DNA of 64,000 nucleotides, taken from the NCBI GenBank assembly GCA_963733195.1, contig CAVTCR010000045.1:1-64000 (forward strand). Direction: 5' to 3'. Under the pieces are notes generated by a model. The model was not told the DNA's origin and ran no database searches. It saw only the letters and a list, made by a program, of their open reading frames with translations. This DNA comes from an uncultured delta proteobacterium. GTDB taxonomy: Bacteria; Desulfobacterota; Binatia; Bin18. Below, one piece after another: positions 31,097 to 42,392 of the stretch (within the stretch, counting starts at the first letter, position 1; each line of letters opens with the position of its first letter). Both the position numbers and the translations under genes were made by a program.

Positions 31097-34000
31097 CAGC
31101 AATCCCCGGTTGCGCCTAACCCGGATTATTCATGAACAAAGAGGAGAAGAGAGAAAGCTGTACAGAACAGTCCGATAGGAATCATGAATATGACGAACAG
31201 GGATGAGTAAAGAAAAAAGGGCGAGAATCGCAAGCAACGACAGGCCAACAGAGGGGCTTGAGGGCAAGGGGAGACGGACGCCTCCCTACTGACGGAAGGA
31301 GCGACAGCGAAAAGAGAGAGAACTTTCTGTGAGGAGACTACGATTACGCTGAGGACAGGACGGGCGGCACCGCGAGGATCGTGGCCAGTTGCCGGAACAC
31401 TCGCGCCAACGGAAACGCGAACGGAAGCCGCACGAGCACCCGGCGCGTCGACTGCGAGACAATGGCCGCTACTTTCAAGAGCTGCAGCCGCAAGAGTATC
31501 GAACTGCGCCCGGCCCAGCTGCGGCGCCAACGGTGCGACCTGGGTGCGCAGGGCATGGAAGAGGACATAAGCCGCCGCGTGTTCGAGCAAGCGAAAGAAG
31601 TTGGCGGCAAACGTCGAACAGGAGAGGCGATCGGCCTGCAGGGCATTCTTGAAGTCTTTAATAAAATTCTCACACTGGCCTCGCTCACAATACGCGTGAT
31701 AGAGCAGCGCGGGAGCGAACTCCGGGAGCGAGGTCACCACAAACCGGGGATTGGCGCCGTGCTCACTGACTTCCGCTTTCATGACCACGTGTCGGGCCTG
31801 CGGCCAGCTCTCCGCCGCATAGGCAAAGGCGTCAAAGTGTTGCACGGTCTGCTTCGTGGCTTGAAAGCGCCGACGCGCTTCGCTTAAGGCTGTCGCGCCG
31901 GCGCGGAGCAGGACGGCATTCTGGGCGAGCCCAACGACGTAAGCGATGCCGCCCACTTCCCGATTCAGTTCCTCCAGCATCCGCAACACGCGTGGGACGG
32001 CAAATGCGGAATCGCCCCGCACCACAATCTGCACGTGAGGAAAGCGCTGCTTGAGGCGCTGAATAATCCGTCGTAGGACTCCCATCGCGCCGCGCGCCGC
32101 ATGGGCATTACCCGGGCGCGGCACCGCACTCACTAACTGCCCCCGCTCCCCATCAAAGATCACCAAGGGATGATACATGTGTTGATCGTAGTACCCGTGG
32201 AAGAAGGAGAGTTGCTGTTGCCCGTGGGTGGGATCGTCCGTGGAGTCAATATCCAAGATGATGACTTCCGGCGCTGTAGTGAAGGACCTCACATACTGTT
32301 CCTCAATCTCACAGACAGAGCGCGCGCAGCCTTCCGACGTCCACCGCGTTCTCCAACCGCGAGAGCGTCGGTTGCGAGGAGAGGCCTGCCGCGTGCGGGG
32401 GCCGATCGCACGCACTCTTGAGGACCGGGTCCTGCCGCAGCCGATCGGCGTAATTGCCGTCCGCATACCCCAAGGCAATCTGATAGAGCCGCTGCCGCAG
32501 TTGCTCGCGGCGATCATGTTGCACTTTGCGCGGATCGCGCTCATCCGGGAGCAACGCCGCCAATCGTTCGCTCAATCCCAGACGATCATCCATCTGGCGC
32601 AGCAACAGCGCTCCGCCATCACTGGAGATGTGGGGCGCGTCAAAAGCGACGGTGATCGGGTGGGTCGGATGGAAGTTCAGCGCCAGTTGTGCAATACACT
32701 CTGCCATCGGCTCGCTCCTTTGCGACTGGTCCGAAAGTCTTGACAGCTTCAGACCTTAGCAGAGGCGAGCCGTTTCGTCCCGCATTCTCATGAATAATCC
32801 GGGTTAAAGGCCCGTAAACAAGGGGTGGGAGCGCGGGAGTTCTTGCGCTTTGCTACCCTGTAGAGAGGCGTCCCCTCAAGAGTCTTACCCTCCAAGCAAT
32901 TGTTGACCTCCTCGCTACTACGTTTGGCGCGGGGGCTGAGGCCCGCGCAGTCGAGCAGCTCCGCTATCCCCTGCAGGACACCCTGAGGAGTGGCTTTGCG
33001 ATGATGGTTTTTCAGCATGCCAGTCTCTTACAGTTTCAGCGGGCGAGGGAACAGAAGCGCGGGCGGTGTAATTTGCAGACGATCTTCAGCGTGCACGAGG
33101 TGCCTGCGGATACGCAGATGCGCGAGATTCTTGACGGCGTGGAGGTCGAGTGGGTCCGCCCGCTGCTCCCGCAGCTCTGGGAGAAAGTGCGCCGAGCGGG
33201 CTGGGGCGGGCGCTTCACCACCACACTGCCGAGTGGGCAACACCAGGGGACGTACTCTACGGGGGCGCTCGATGGCAGTGAGTATTTCCGCTCGACCCAG
33301 ATTCAGTGTCCCCATTGTCTGCGCCAGGCGGATAGCCAAGGGCGGGGCCACTATTGGCACGAGATCGTGGGGGCGACGGTGGTGCGCGCCGGGGCGCATC
33401 AGGTCCTCCCGCTGGATGTAGAAGAAGTGCGCAAGGCTACGGCGGAGAGTGCCCCGCAAGATTGGGAACTGACGGCGGGCAAGCGGCTGATTGCGCGTCT
33501 GCGGCGCGAGCACCCGCAGATGGCGCTCAGTGTGATGGGGATGACCTCTACTCGCGGGTGCCCTTTATCGAACAACTGCAGCTGTTACGTCAGCCCTACG
33601 TGGTAGTGGCCAAACCGAGCTCGCATCCGACCTTGCGGGCGGCAGTAGCCGCCGCGGAAGGGACGGAGCAGAGTCAGACCGGGCAGTGGACCGCCGGCAG
33701 TGGTGCCCGGCAGAAGACCTCTACCTCTCGGCTCGGACGGCACGTGCCCTTGGCGCTGGAGAGCACGGGACGCGTCACCTATGTCGCGGTCTGGGAACAT
33801 AACGCGGGCGGCAAGCTACTCGGGGATGATGATTGGGTGACGGATCTCGACGTCGACTCCGTCAATGTGGCCGTGGTGGTCCAGATCGGACGCACGCGCT
33901 GGAAGATTGAGAATGAGCAGTTCAACGTCCACAAAAATCACGGCTATGAGCTCTCCCCCAATTACGGCCATGGGCAACAGCCCTTGTCGAGGGTGTTCTA

Positions 34001-34422
34001 GCTCTTGAATCTCTTGGCCTACGTGGCCCATGGGGTCTTGGCCTTGGGCGATCGGCTCTATCAGCGCTGCCGCGCCCAGGAATCGCGGCGGGAATTATGG
34101 AACGCGTTGCGGACGCTGGGGAACGCGCTGCTGGTGGAGAGTTGGTTCCGCCTGTTACTCGTCTCTCTGGACAACGCGGATGCGCGTCCCTAGCGGTACG
34201 CCGTCGTCGGCTATCCCCCGCAGTATTTCTGAGCCTCTCCCCGCTCCGCAAGCCGATGCGCGGACGTGTGTCTCTTGCGAGGCAACAGTCCGTGCGTTAG
34301 GTCTCCTTCGGCACTTCCCACCGCCCGCTCCAGCGAAACCGACCTGGGTTTCCTGCTCCGCTCGCTCGCTGGCGCCCTTGCTCGTCCTTCCTCCTCCTTT
34401 TCCCCCTCACCCAGAATTGCTG
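31097..34422 (+). mobile_element. ISNCY-like IS (degenerate transposase about 32900-34193) containing an IS1380
   Basis: Ends CAGCAATCCCCGGTTG / CACCCAGAATTGCTG; perfect 9-bp TSD TGCTCGAAG (31088-31096, 34423-34431); ALDGSEYF, GRTRWKIENEQFNVHKNHGY. Confidence 0.85.
31120..32803 (-). mobile_element. IS1380 family IS (frameshifted transposase 31344-32707)
   Basis: 16-bp IRs CCCGGATTATTCATGA / TCATGAATAATCCGGG; ISSDGGALLL, SQPTLSRLEN, LDIDSTDDPTHGQQQ, RGDSAF, YCERGQCENFIK. Confidence 0.9.
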
Positions 34423-35505
34423 TGCTCGAAGCCACCACCGGACTCTGTCGTGGACCGGGTAGTGAGCGACGCATCGCGTCACTCAAGCGCTACGCACCAA
34501 GCTGGTTGCACAATTGCCAGGGCTCTTGGAGCCGCACGAGTTCGACCTGTTGCAGCAACGTGTGCGAGGGACGAGCCAGGAGCGGATGTTGCGCGAGATG
34601 GTCGAAGCGGCGGAACTGTTTCACCGTCAGCGTGGGCTGGTCGTGGTGCTCGAAGATTTGCACTGGAGCGATGTCTCGACACTGGACTGGGTGACCTATA
34701 TGGCGCGGAGACGCGAGCCGGCCAAGCTGCTGATCATCGGACGTACCGTCCTGCCGACATGCTAGCCAGTAATCATCCGCTCCGAGGGATCGTGCAGGAG
34801 TTACAAGCGCGGCGACAATGTGAAGAACTGCGGGTGATGCCTTTGGAGAAAGCGGCGATCGGGGAGTATCTGCATAGTCGGTTTGGTGAGCTCGCGTTAT
34901 CAGAGGAACTAATAGCGACGCTGGCTCGCCGGACGGACGGCAATCCTCTCTTTTTTAGTCAACACGGTCAATGATCTCGTACGCCAAGGGATACTGGTCA
35001 CAGACGGAGGACAGTGGATGTTCCACGAAGAAAAGATCAAAGAATTCGGTGAGAGTGTCCCCGACAGCTTGCGACAGTTGATCGAGCGGCAGCTAGAGCG
35101 GTTACCGGAGACGGAGCAGGAGCTATTAGAAGTGGCCAGTGTGGCAGAAGCTAAGTTTGTCGTAGCGGAGGTTGCGGCGGGAAGTAGGGCTGAGAGTGAA
35201 CAAATCGAGGCGCAGTGTGAGAGGTTAGCACGGAGGGGACATTTTTTGCGGGCAGAGGGTGTCACCGAGTGGCCGGATGGGACCCTGAGTGGGCGTAAGT
35301 TTTCGCATGCGGTGTACCATGAGGTGATCTATGGGCGCGTGGCAGAGGCGCATCGGGTGCAGTTGCATCGATGGATTGCCGAGACGCATCCTCGCCTTGG
35401 ACAGTATCGGGCCCGCACGATTAAGACCGGTAATATCTGTGTCTATACTCCCGACCCGCATCAGCCAGTGACGTGGGAGTTCTAATCGCGGCGTGGGCCT
35501 ATGAA

Positions 35506-36166
35506 TTATCGTCGGCGAAAAGACAGAAACCCCTCCGAGAGATCGGCGTCGACTGCCCACTCGACTTGTCGCACCTGAGCCTGCTCTCGGGCTTCAGGCG
35601 TCGCCCACTGTTCCCCAATCACGACAGCAATCGCGTGTGCGCCGCTCCGCTTGAGCGTGTTCGCGCGCCGCTCTGCACGACTCACGTCTTGACGGTCTAC
35701 CTGCAAAGACACTTCAATGATCGCGACCTGCTCCCCCTTCCACCAGATGAGATCGGCAAGAAAAGGATCATCCTCCGCGTCGGGCATCTCCACAGCCAAT
35801 AGTGAGCCTAGCTGCGTGGTTAACCGTTGTTGGATGTCTGGCTGATCTAGAGAGCCTCCCTGGCCGCCATTGAACAGGGCGGGCGCTCGTCTCTCAGTGT
35901 ATCACGCTCATACCGTTCGCCATCTCGTCGTCCCGCTTCACCGCGCTGCCACGCTAGCAGACCAGCGTCAGCTCGTCCTCCGTACGTGCCTGTGCTGTAG
36001 CAAGCTGTTGGAACCCTTGCTCGGTGTCGCGTCGGAGGTGGGCAACTTGCTCGGGCAGAGCGAGCAGTTCCTCCGTCAGTACCAAACGGCGTAATTCCGC
36101 CCGCCATTCAGGGCGTTCCTCCACCAGGCGTACAAGGTCATGAAACTCTGCCACTGTAAACGACAT
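35506..36166 (-). pseudogene. coiled-coil plus PD-(D/E)XK-like protein (DUF3782-like), disrupted
   Basis: MSFTVAEFHDLVRLVEERPEWRAELRRLVLTEELLALP..ADLIW..IIEVSLQVDRQDVSRAERRA; stops in the middle part. Confidence 0.6.
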
Positions 36167-36373
36167 GTCCAAAGCCTCTCTGTATTTCCTTATACGCATT
36201 CTGCCATGATTGGCCAAGTCGGTATTTCTTCCTGGATGATGCTGCGCTTCATCCAGGCGACGTTCTTTCGCCCCCTTTTCCGTTTTCCCTTTCGCTTTTT
36301 CCCCTTCAGCCTTCGGCCTATAGCCTTCAGCTTTTTCTTTCCCCCTTTTCGCCTGAACCCCCGTTCCCTTTTC

Positions 36374-36430
36374 GTTCCATCCACCTGGAACAACCCCGTC
36401 TGCCACTATTTGTCACGCCTTACTCTACAG
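36374..36430 (+). promoter_or_regulatory. shared operator/promoter motif, copy A
   Basis: GTTCCA-tccacc-TGGAAC..TTTGTCACGCCTT-ACTCTACAG, then AAAGGAGG RBS. Confidence 0.65.
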
Positions 36431-36829
36431 AAGATTTGCCACAGCAGAGAAAGGAGGCGACAGCCATGCAAAGATAACACTGGATAACGCCGGGAATCGG
36501 AGAAACGGGGACTGAAGAATTGGAAGAGAAACAACTGACAACCTCAGAGCTGAAAGCTGATCGCTGACAGCTCAAAGAAAGGAACACGATCATGACACAG
36601 ACACATATACGCCCGAGGGCGCATGGCGCCGATTGGCGCGCGCCCGAGCACATGTCCGAGAAGCGCAGCACGCCTGTGCCGGTCAGCGGCTGGACGGCGC
36701 AGTCGCCAGCCGCTGGCGGCCGCAAGCGCGGAGTCTGAGGGGCCGTGATCGCCGATATTAGGCGCGAGTGAGCCTGGTCCGGGGTGGTCTGGGGGCAATG
36801 GGGGCAGGCGAGCGAGCCACCCGACACGT

Positions 36830-37045
36830 TTTCCCATAGCCTGAGCGCTCTAGCGCTCGCACTCACAACCTTTACGGCGAGCGCAGCTAGTGCCGCGGTC
36901 TTGAAAGCAGATTTTAACAATGACGGCTATGAGGACCTGGCGGTTGGCAGCCCCTACGAAGATGTCGGGTCCATTCAGGGATGCCGGAGCAATCTCGGTG
37001 CTCTATGGCTCAGCCGGCAGCCTGCCTGCGTTTCCGAGTCAGCAG
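36830..37045 (+). pseudogene. FG-GAP repeat secreted protein fragment
   Basis: Signal-like LALALTTFTASAASA, then ADFNNDGYEDLAVGSPYED. Confidence 0.7.
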
Positions 37046-37062
37046 TGGTATCAAAGAGAATA

Positions 37063-37271
37063 TTAGTGGAGATTGCCAAAGACGTCGGTAATCCTTTTCC
37101 CTTTGCCGGCGACAGCACGTAAAGTTGCCATCACTTCTTCCCCAAACAGCACCTGATCCAACGCCTTGTCCACTGCGTCGGCTGCCGTCCGAGCATCCAG
37201 TAACCGTTGGACGCGCTGGAGTTTGCTCTCGTCAATCTAACCCTTGTCCGTTTGCTCATGGGTAAGGCCAT
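37063..37271 (-). pseudogene. VapB-like antitoxin (frameshift) with possible VapC N-terminal stub
   Basis: MSKRT..IDESKLQRVQRLLDARTAADAVDKALDQVL..GNLH*; overlapping frame reads ILFDT (PIN start); AAGGAG RBS. Confidence 0.5.
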
Positions 37272-37472
37272 GTCGTTCTCCTTCATGCATGTATGACTTA
37301 TAGCAAGCAGTTTTGTATTCGACCAGAAGGAATCCTGCCACTCTCGCGATGTAGTTTCCTAAGTTCCATTACACTCAGACCACATTCCTTCGCCTGCTCA
37401 CCCGTTCGCCCCTTCGCCCGTTCGTTCTTTTCCCCTTTCCCCCTTTCGCCTTTTACCCCCGTTCCCCTTTTC

Positions 37473-37518
37473 GTTCCATCCACCTGGAACGGCCCCGTTC
37501 CATCATTTGTCACGCCTT
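37473..37518 (+). promoter_or_regulatory. shared operator/promoter motif, copy B
   Basis: GTTCCA-tccacc-TGGAAC-ggcccc-GTTCCA-tca-TTTGTCACGCCTT upstream of PP2C. Confidence 0.7.
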
Positions 37519-37539
37519 TCTTATCAGGAGGAAAACATT

Positions 37540-38307
37540 ATGACGATCACCAGCGCAGTCCGAACCGATCGAGGCAAAGTGCGATCCCGCAACGAAGATG
37601 CCTTCGGAATCTTTCCTGAGTTACAGACCTACGTCGTTGCTGATGGCATGGGTGGACAGCAGGGTGGCGTTGTCGCTAGCACGCTCACTGTGGAGACGAT
37701 CTGTCGCGCACTGCAAGACGTGGATGAGCACCCCCACCGGACAAACGGGGTGAAGATGCCACCCAGCCTGTCGTTGCTCAACGCCGTACAGCAGGCGCAT
37801 GCGCAGGTGTTGGAGTTGAGTCGGTGTCAATTATCATTGCTCGGCATGGGCACTACCGTTGCAGCCGTATCCTTCAGCTCGTCCCAGCAGGCCGCCGTGA
37901 TCTGTCATGTCGGCGACACGCGGGTGTATCGGCTCCGCGATACCGTCCTGGAGCAATTGACTGAAGATCACACAATCGGCCAGCAGCTTGTGCGGGCGGG
38001 GTTGATGAGTCCGCAAAAATTGACGACCAGCCGGTATCGTCACCTCCTGACGCAAGCGGTCGGTGTCAGTGCGGAGATTCATCCCGCCGTGCGGCTTGAG
38101 ACCCCGCAGACTGGGGACCTGTTTCTGATTTGTAGTGATGGCGTGTATCGAGAAATCCCGGACGAAGAAATAAGAGACACCGTGCAAGAGGCAGGAACTG
38201 ATCTCCAGCAGGCCTGTGACGCGCTGGTGGCGTTAGCCAACGCCCACGGCGGGCGAGATGATAGTACGATCGTGGCCCTTCGATACGGTTCGGACACAGT
38301 TTTGTAG
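37540..38307 (+). CDS. PP2C/PPM family Ser/Thr phosphatase
   Basis: RSRNEDA, VADGMGG, GMGTT, HVGDTRVY, LTEDH, CSDG, GGRDDST. Confidence 0.93.
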   Translation: MTITSAVRTDRGKVRSRNEDAFGIFPELQTYVVADGMGGQQGGVVASTLTVETICRALQDVDEHPHRTNGVKMPPSLSLLNAVQQAHAQVLELSRCQLSLLGMGTTVAAVSFSSSQQAAVICHVGDTRVYRLRDTVLEQLTEDHTIGQQLVRAGLMSPQKLTTSRYRHLLTQAVGVSAEIHPAVRLETPQTGDLFLICSDGVYREIPDEEIRDTVQEAGTDLQQACDALVALANAHGGRDDSTIVALRYGSDTVL

Positions 38308-38366
38308 CCTGAATGGAGCGGAGCAAAATCCAGGAAAAGGAATCCCGAATTTCATTCGGGCTACGG
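38304..38366. repeat. GTAG-family REP pair
   Basis: GTAGCCTGAATG..AATCCAGG and CCCGAATTTCATTCGGGCTAC between convergent genes. Confidence 0.65.
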
Positions 38367-38458
38367 CACTACGTTACTCTGAGGTTAACAGCGTTGCGTG
38401 ATGCGTGAAACGTGAAGCATAAGTGTGACGCCTTCTTCCTTCATTTACGGTTTACACA

Positions 38459-38926
38459 TTACGTTTCTGCTTCAATCGGAAACGAAAATCGCAATGACTT
38501 CGCACCTTGCATGATCGTCTGTGTACGCGTGAGCTGCAGGTCAGGACTCATGCCTTCGGTGAGCGCAAAGTCGCGGCTGCACGAGAGTAGGAAGCCGAGT
38601 TCTGGTACACCCATCTTCTTGTAAAACTCAGCGTACCCACAGCGTGTGATATTGAAGGCATAGCGGTCGTCCGTGTGTTCAACCTCCTCGACTTCGAGTG
38701 CGCCACCGGCAGAAAAGCGTGACAATCCAGAAGCCATCTTCTCAATCGGGTTTCCTTCGCCTTGCTGCGTAGCAAGCGCTTCTCCATGCTTATGGGCGAT
38801 GTCAGTGATGACCTTGCGTGCGATTGCGTTGGCTCGATCGACACCAAACTCGGCTTGGAACGCTTTAATGAGTGGAACCAGAACGTTCGCTTCAATCTGC
38901 CGTTGTTCGAGTAAGGTTACTGCCAT
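38459..38926 (-). CDS. L-2-amino-thiazoline-4-carboxylic acid hydrolase family protein
   Basis: FNITRCGYAEFY..ELGFLLSCSRDF..LTRTQTIMQGA. Confidence 0.85.
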   Translation of the reverse strand: MAVTLLEQRQIEANVLVPLIKAFQAEFGVDRANAIARKVITDIAHKHGEALATQQGEGNPIEKMASGLSRFSAGGALEVEEVEHTDDRYAFNITRCGYAEFYKKMGVPELGFLLSCSRDFALTEGMSPDLQLTRTQTIMQGAKSLRFSFPIEAET

Positions 38927-40211
38927 GTGGTAACCCTCCTTTGATTGGGAATTCTTCACTCTTCGTGATTTTTGGCTCTTTCGTCCACCCAAGAGGCAAC
39001 ATTAACACTGCGCTGATGACCGTAGCAGGAATCAGAATGCTGAGTGCCAAGTGATACGAACCAGTGGCGTCGAAGACTTTTCCCATGAGTAATGGTCCTA
39101 ACATCCCACCAAACGCGAACGCACCGTAGATGCAGCCAAAAATTCTTCCGAATGACGACAGTCCGAAATGCTGAGCGATGAGATACGGCATCAGGTCAGT
39201 TTCTGCCCCGAAGCCGAGTCCGATCATGGCTGCGAATATGAGGGCCTGCGGGAGGTCTTCGGCTCCAAAAGCGGCGACGAGACCAAGAACCACTCCGAGA
39301 AAGAGTCCAGCTGCCACTAAGTGGGCTGGCAGGCGATCAACGAGATACCCAGCAATGATTCTTCCTAAGACTCCCATCGCTGACAACAGCATCAGCGCGG
39401 TTGCTGCTTGTTGCGGTGAAAGCCCTTTATCAGTCAGCAATGGAGCGAAGTGGGTGATAGCGGCGTGTGAGACAGCACTCAGAAGAGCAAAACTCACTGC
39501 CATGCACCAGAACGGTAGCGTCCTCCGGGCTTCGGCCAATGTCATGCTCAGATTACTTGCGTGATGAGTTGTAGACGCCTCTCCAGCTTCGCCTTCTCCC
39601 AGAGGACGCAACCCTTTGTCTTGGGGACTATCACTCAGAAAGAACAGTGTCATAGGAAACGCCACACACCACACGATGAGCCCGAGTGTGACATATGCCC
39701 AGCGCCAGTCTGCGGTCGTAATAATGTGAGTAACCAGCGGTGGTGCATACATTCCGCCTAGAAAAACCCCAGTGCCCATGAAACCCAACGCAATGCCACG
39801 TTGCCGGGTGAACCAGCGGGAGATGATAGTAGCGAAGGGAAGGGAGGTCAGGCTGGCACCGCCAAGGGCAGTCAAAAGATATGAGCCATAAAACTGCCAG
39901 AGCGAATTGGAAAGGAACCAAAACGAGCAGAAGCCGGCACCAAATACGACTGCCCCACTCATAATAACGACACGTGGCCCAAAGCGGTCGATCAGGATGC
40001 CAAGGACTGGCGCATAGAACGCGATTATGAACGCAACGAGCGAGAAACCGAACGAGATATCGCCACGACTCCAAGCGAATGTTTCGGCTAAGGGTTTGAT
40101 AAAGAGGCTAAACGTTCCTGTGATGAGAATTGGCCCAGCGGCCATGGCAATACCGCAGACCAGCACCATCCACCAGCCATAGAATACGCGTGAAGGTACG
40201 AGAGCAGTCAT
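38892..40211 (-). CDS. MFS transporter (MCT/OFA-like)
   Basis: FYGWWMV, GILIDRFGPR, ISRWFTRQRGIALG, about 12 TM. Confidence 0.92.
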   Translation of the reverse strand: MTALVPSRVFYGWWMVLVCGIAMAAGPILITGTFSLFIKPLAETFAWSRGDISFGFSLVAFIIAFYAPVLGILIDRFGPRVVIMSGAVVFGAGFCSFWFLSNSLWQFYGSYLLTALGGASLTSLPFATIISRWFTRQRGIALGFMGTGVFLGGMYAPPLVTHIITTADWRWAYVTLGLIVWCVAFPMTLFFLSDSPQDKGLRPLGEGEAGEASTTHHASNLSMTLAEARRTLPFWCMAVSFALLSAVSHAAITHFAPLLTDKGLSPQQAATALMLLSAMGVLGRIIAGYLVDRLPAHLVAAGLFLGVVLGLVAAFGAEDLPQALIFAAMIGLGFGAETDLMPYLIAQHFGLSSFGRIFGCIYGAFAFGGMLGPLLMGKVFDATGSYHLALSILIPATVISAVLMLPLGWTKEPKITKSEEFPIKGGLPHGSNLTRTTAD

Positions 40212-40380
40212 AGCCGCCCTCTTAGCGCAGTTGAGAGAGCGAAGCCAGAGGCAGAGGAAATTAAGAATGAAGAGGGAAGCGTGAAAAATGAGGAATGGAG
40301 AAAGGAGAAGGGATAAAGGATAAAGGGAAACGTGCTACGTGTTGCGTGAAACGAGAAACCTGAAACCCCTATCTTGGACT

Positions 40381-41157
40381 TTAGGCCTTGGACTTTGGAC
40401 TTCTGCATATCACCGCAAACACGCGATGATGTGCCGCAAGCGGATCTTCAGGAAATCGTGCTTGCAAGAGCTTTTGTAGATCGGTATCGAAGCGTGCAAC
40501 CTGTTCGGGAGAAAGACTCGCTGCGATACCTGCACTCGCACGAATCCGTCCACGCCACGCCTCGTGACTATAGGGAACAAAGAGGTCGAATGAGAACGTT
40601 TCGATATCGTGAAATCCAGCAATCGCAACATCACTCAACCAGCGCGAATACATCCCTCGTCCGCCGCTCATCTTCCATTCTGGATTATGCTGTTCGATCA
40701 GTTTTTCTGTTGCTTCGACGACATTACCTGGGAGCGGAATCCAGTCGAAGTGAGCGATGACCAGCCAACCTTGGGGAACAAGTAAACGACGTACTTCTTG
40801 TGCGGCTTTCGGACGATCAAACCAATGCCAACACTGTCCAGCAGTCACAACCTCAAAGCTGGCATCGGGTAACCCTGTTTGTTCAGCCTTGCCGATGACG
40901 TAGTTGATGGACACGCCAGCTTCTTGGTCTAACCGTTTGGCTTCTTCTGTGAGCGAAGTAGAAGGGTCGAGACCTGTCACTTGGCATCCTCGTAGTGCAA
41001 ACCCTCGGGCCAGTGTTCCTGTTCCGGTGCCGAGGTCGAGCACTCGTTGGCCAGTACTACCAATACCGAATGTTGCGAGGCGCTCAAAAAGGGCAGGGGG
41101 AAACCCAGCACGATAACGACCATAGTCTTGAGCGGTTTTGCCGAAGTCGATCTGCAT
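40381..41157 (-). CDS. class I SAM-dependent methyltransferase
   Basis: VLDLGTGTG, TAGQCWHWFD. Confidence 0.92.
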   Translation of the reverse strand: MQIDFGKTAQDYGRYRAGFPPALFERLATFGIGSTGQRVLDLGTGTGTLARGFALRGCQVTGLDPSTSLTEEAKRLDQEAGVSINYVIGKAEQTGLPDASFEVVTAGQCWHWFDRPKAAQEVRRLLVPQGWLVIAHFDWIPLPGNVVEATEKLIEQHNPEWKMSGGRGMYSRWLSDVAIAGFHDIETFSFDLFVPYSHEAWRGRIRASAGIAASLSPEQVARFDTDLQKLLQARFPEDPLAAHHRVFAVICRSPKSKA

Positions 41158-41301
41158 GAGTATTTCGTTACGGTTTAGCGACCCAAACAAACTGTGGCGG
41201 CTCTTTTCACGCATCACGTCGTACGTGTAACGTGGTACGTGTTGCGTGAAGTGTTGCTACTCATTACATATTCCACGTTTTACGTATTACGTCTCACGTT
41301 T

Positions 41302-42330
41302 TCAGAATCCCAACGCCTTGGCGGCCATGTCCAAGACGACCGGCACGGAGTATGTTGTGCGGGCCAGACGCAAATCCTTGTTCTTTCCTTCAGCGAACAG
41401 ACCCGACGCACTAAGCCAGAAAGCTGTACTGCGCATCATGTAGAGAATTTGGTAATAGCGGCAGGCGTCGAAGTCGATAGTCAGTCCGGTAAGCTGTTGA
41501 TAGGTGTCGATGAAGAACTCGCGTTCGACCACGCACGATAGTAGTGGCGAACCTTCTCGGTTTAAGTCTGACAGAACATACGCGACATCGTACATCGGGT
41601 CGCCAATCACTTGCAGTTCCCAATCGATGATGGCGGAAATGAGGTCATCTTTGATCATGAGGTTGCCGGTGCGATACGCACCGTGGACAAAGGTGAGGCG
41701 CTGCGTCTTTGGTGCGTTCGCTTTCAGCCACATGAGCACTTCAGTCAGTACTGGCTCGGGTTTACGCAACGACTGCTGAATCAACGATTCCCATTTCGCT
41801 ACTTCACGGAGAGCGAACTCCGTTCCTGGGCCAGGAACGCCGATAAAGTCGAGGCCAGCCGCACGCCAATCGAGATTGTGTAATGAGGCGAGTGCCTCAA
41901 TGAAACTGCGCGGTAGCTTCCCGCGTTTGGCAGCTTCAGCGTAATACTGCTTGCCGACTTTGGACCACGGGTTGGTCGCTTCTCCTTCGACTTTCTCCAT
42001 GATGAAGAACGGGCCACCGAGTAGGGTAGGATCTTCCTCATACCAGTAGACTTTCGGTGTCGGTGCTGAAGTAGGTTCGAGTGCCTGCAGGACACGATAT
42101 TGTTCTTTCAAATCGGACAGATTGCGCAAAAGACCAACGCCAGGATCTTTGCGTAAGCAGAAGCCTCGTGTTACTTCGTGTCCGCCTTCTTTCCAATGTG
42201 CATAAAAGACGTAAATTTCATGTGACCAGCCGACTGCGGTCTGGACGAACTGTGAAAGTGATAAGTCTCTTGCTTGGGGAAGTTTGCTGGAGAGATAAGA
42301 AATGATTTTGTTTTGTGTCGATTCGGCCAT
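41302..42330 (-). CDS. APH-family phosphotransferase (ACAD10/11 N-terminal like)
   Basis: GWSHE, LGGPFFIMEKVEG, HGAYRTGN, IIDWE, GDPMYDV. Confidence 0.88.
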   Translation of the reverse strand: MAESTQNKIISYLSSKLPQARDLSLSQFVQTAVGWSHEIYVFYAHWKEGGHEVTRGFCLRKDPGVGLLRNLSDLKEQYRVLQALEPTSAPTPKVYWYEEDPTLLGGPFFIMEKVEGEATNPWSKVGKQYYAEAAKRGKLPRSFIEALASLHNLDWRAAGLDFIGVPGPGTEFALREVAKWESLIQQSLRKPEPVLTEVLMWLKANAPKTQRLTFVHGAYRTGNLMIKDDLISAIIDWELQVIGDPMYDVAYVLSDLNREGSPLLSCVVEREFFIDTYQQLTGLTIDFDACRYYQILYMMRSTAFWLSASGLFAEGKNKDLRLARTTYSVPVVLDMAAKALGF

Positions 42331-42392
42331 GTGAATTGTCCGTGTTGCGTGGAGCGTGTTACATCTTCGCTTTACGTATCACGTATCACGCA

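Larger units (their letters stand above)
30791..35485 (+). pseudogene. AAA_16/STAND-like ATPase regulator, IS-interrupted and internally deleted
   Basis: VGRDAEL..GEPGIGKT (Walker A), LEDLHWSD (Walker B), RTDGNPLF, C-terminal IKTGNICVYTPDP..WEF; reads YLPLLE|ATTGL across the IS. Confidence 0.85.

Noticed and set aside
36360-37520. The two near-identical ~60-nt repeats as att sites or CRISPR repeats
   Set aside because: Each precedes an RBS and shares architecture with copies at 59.5 and 62.5 kb, which fits a regulatory motif
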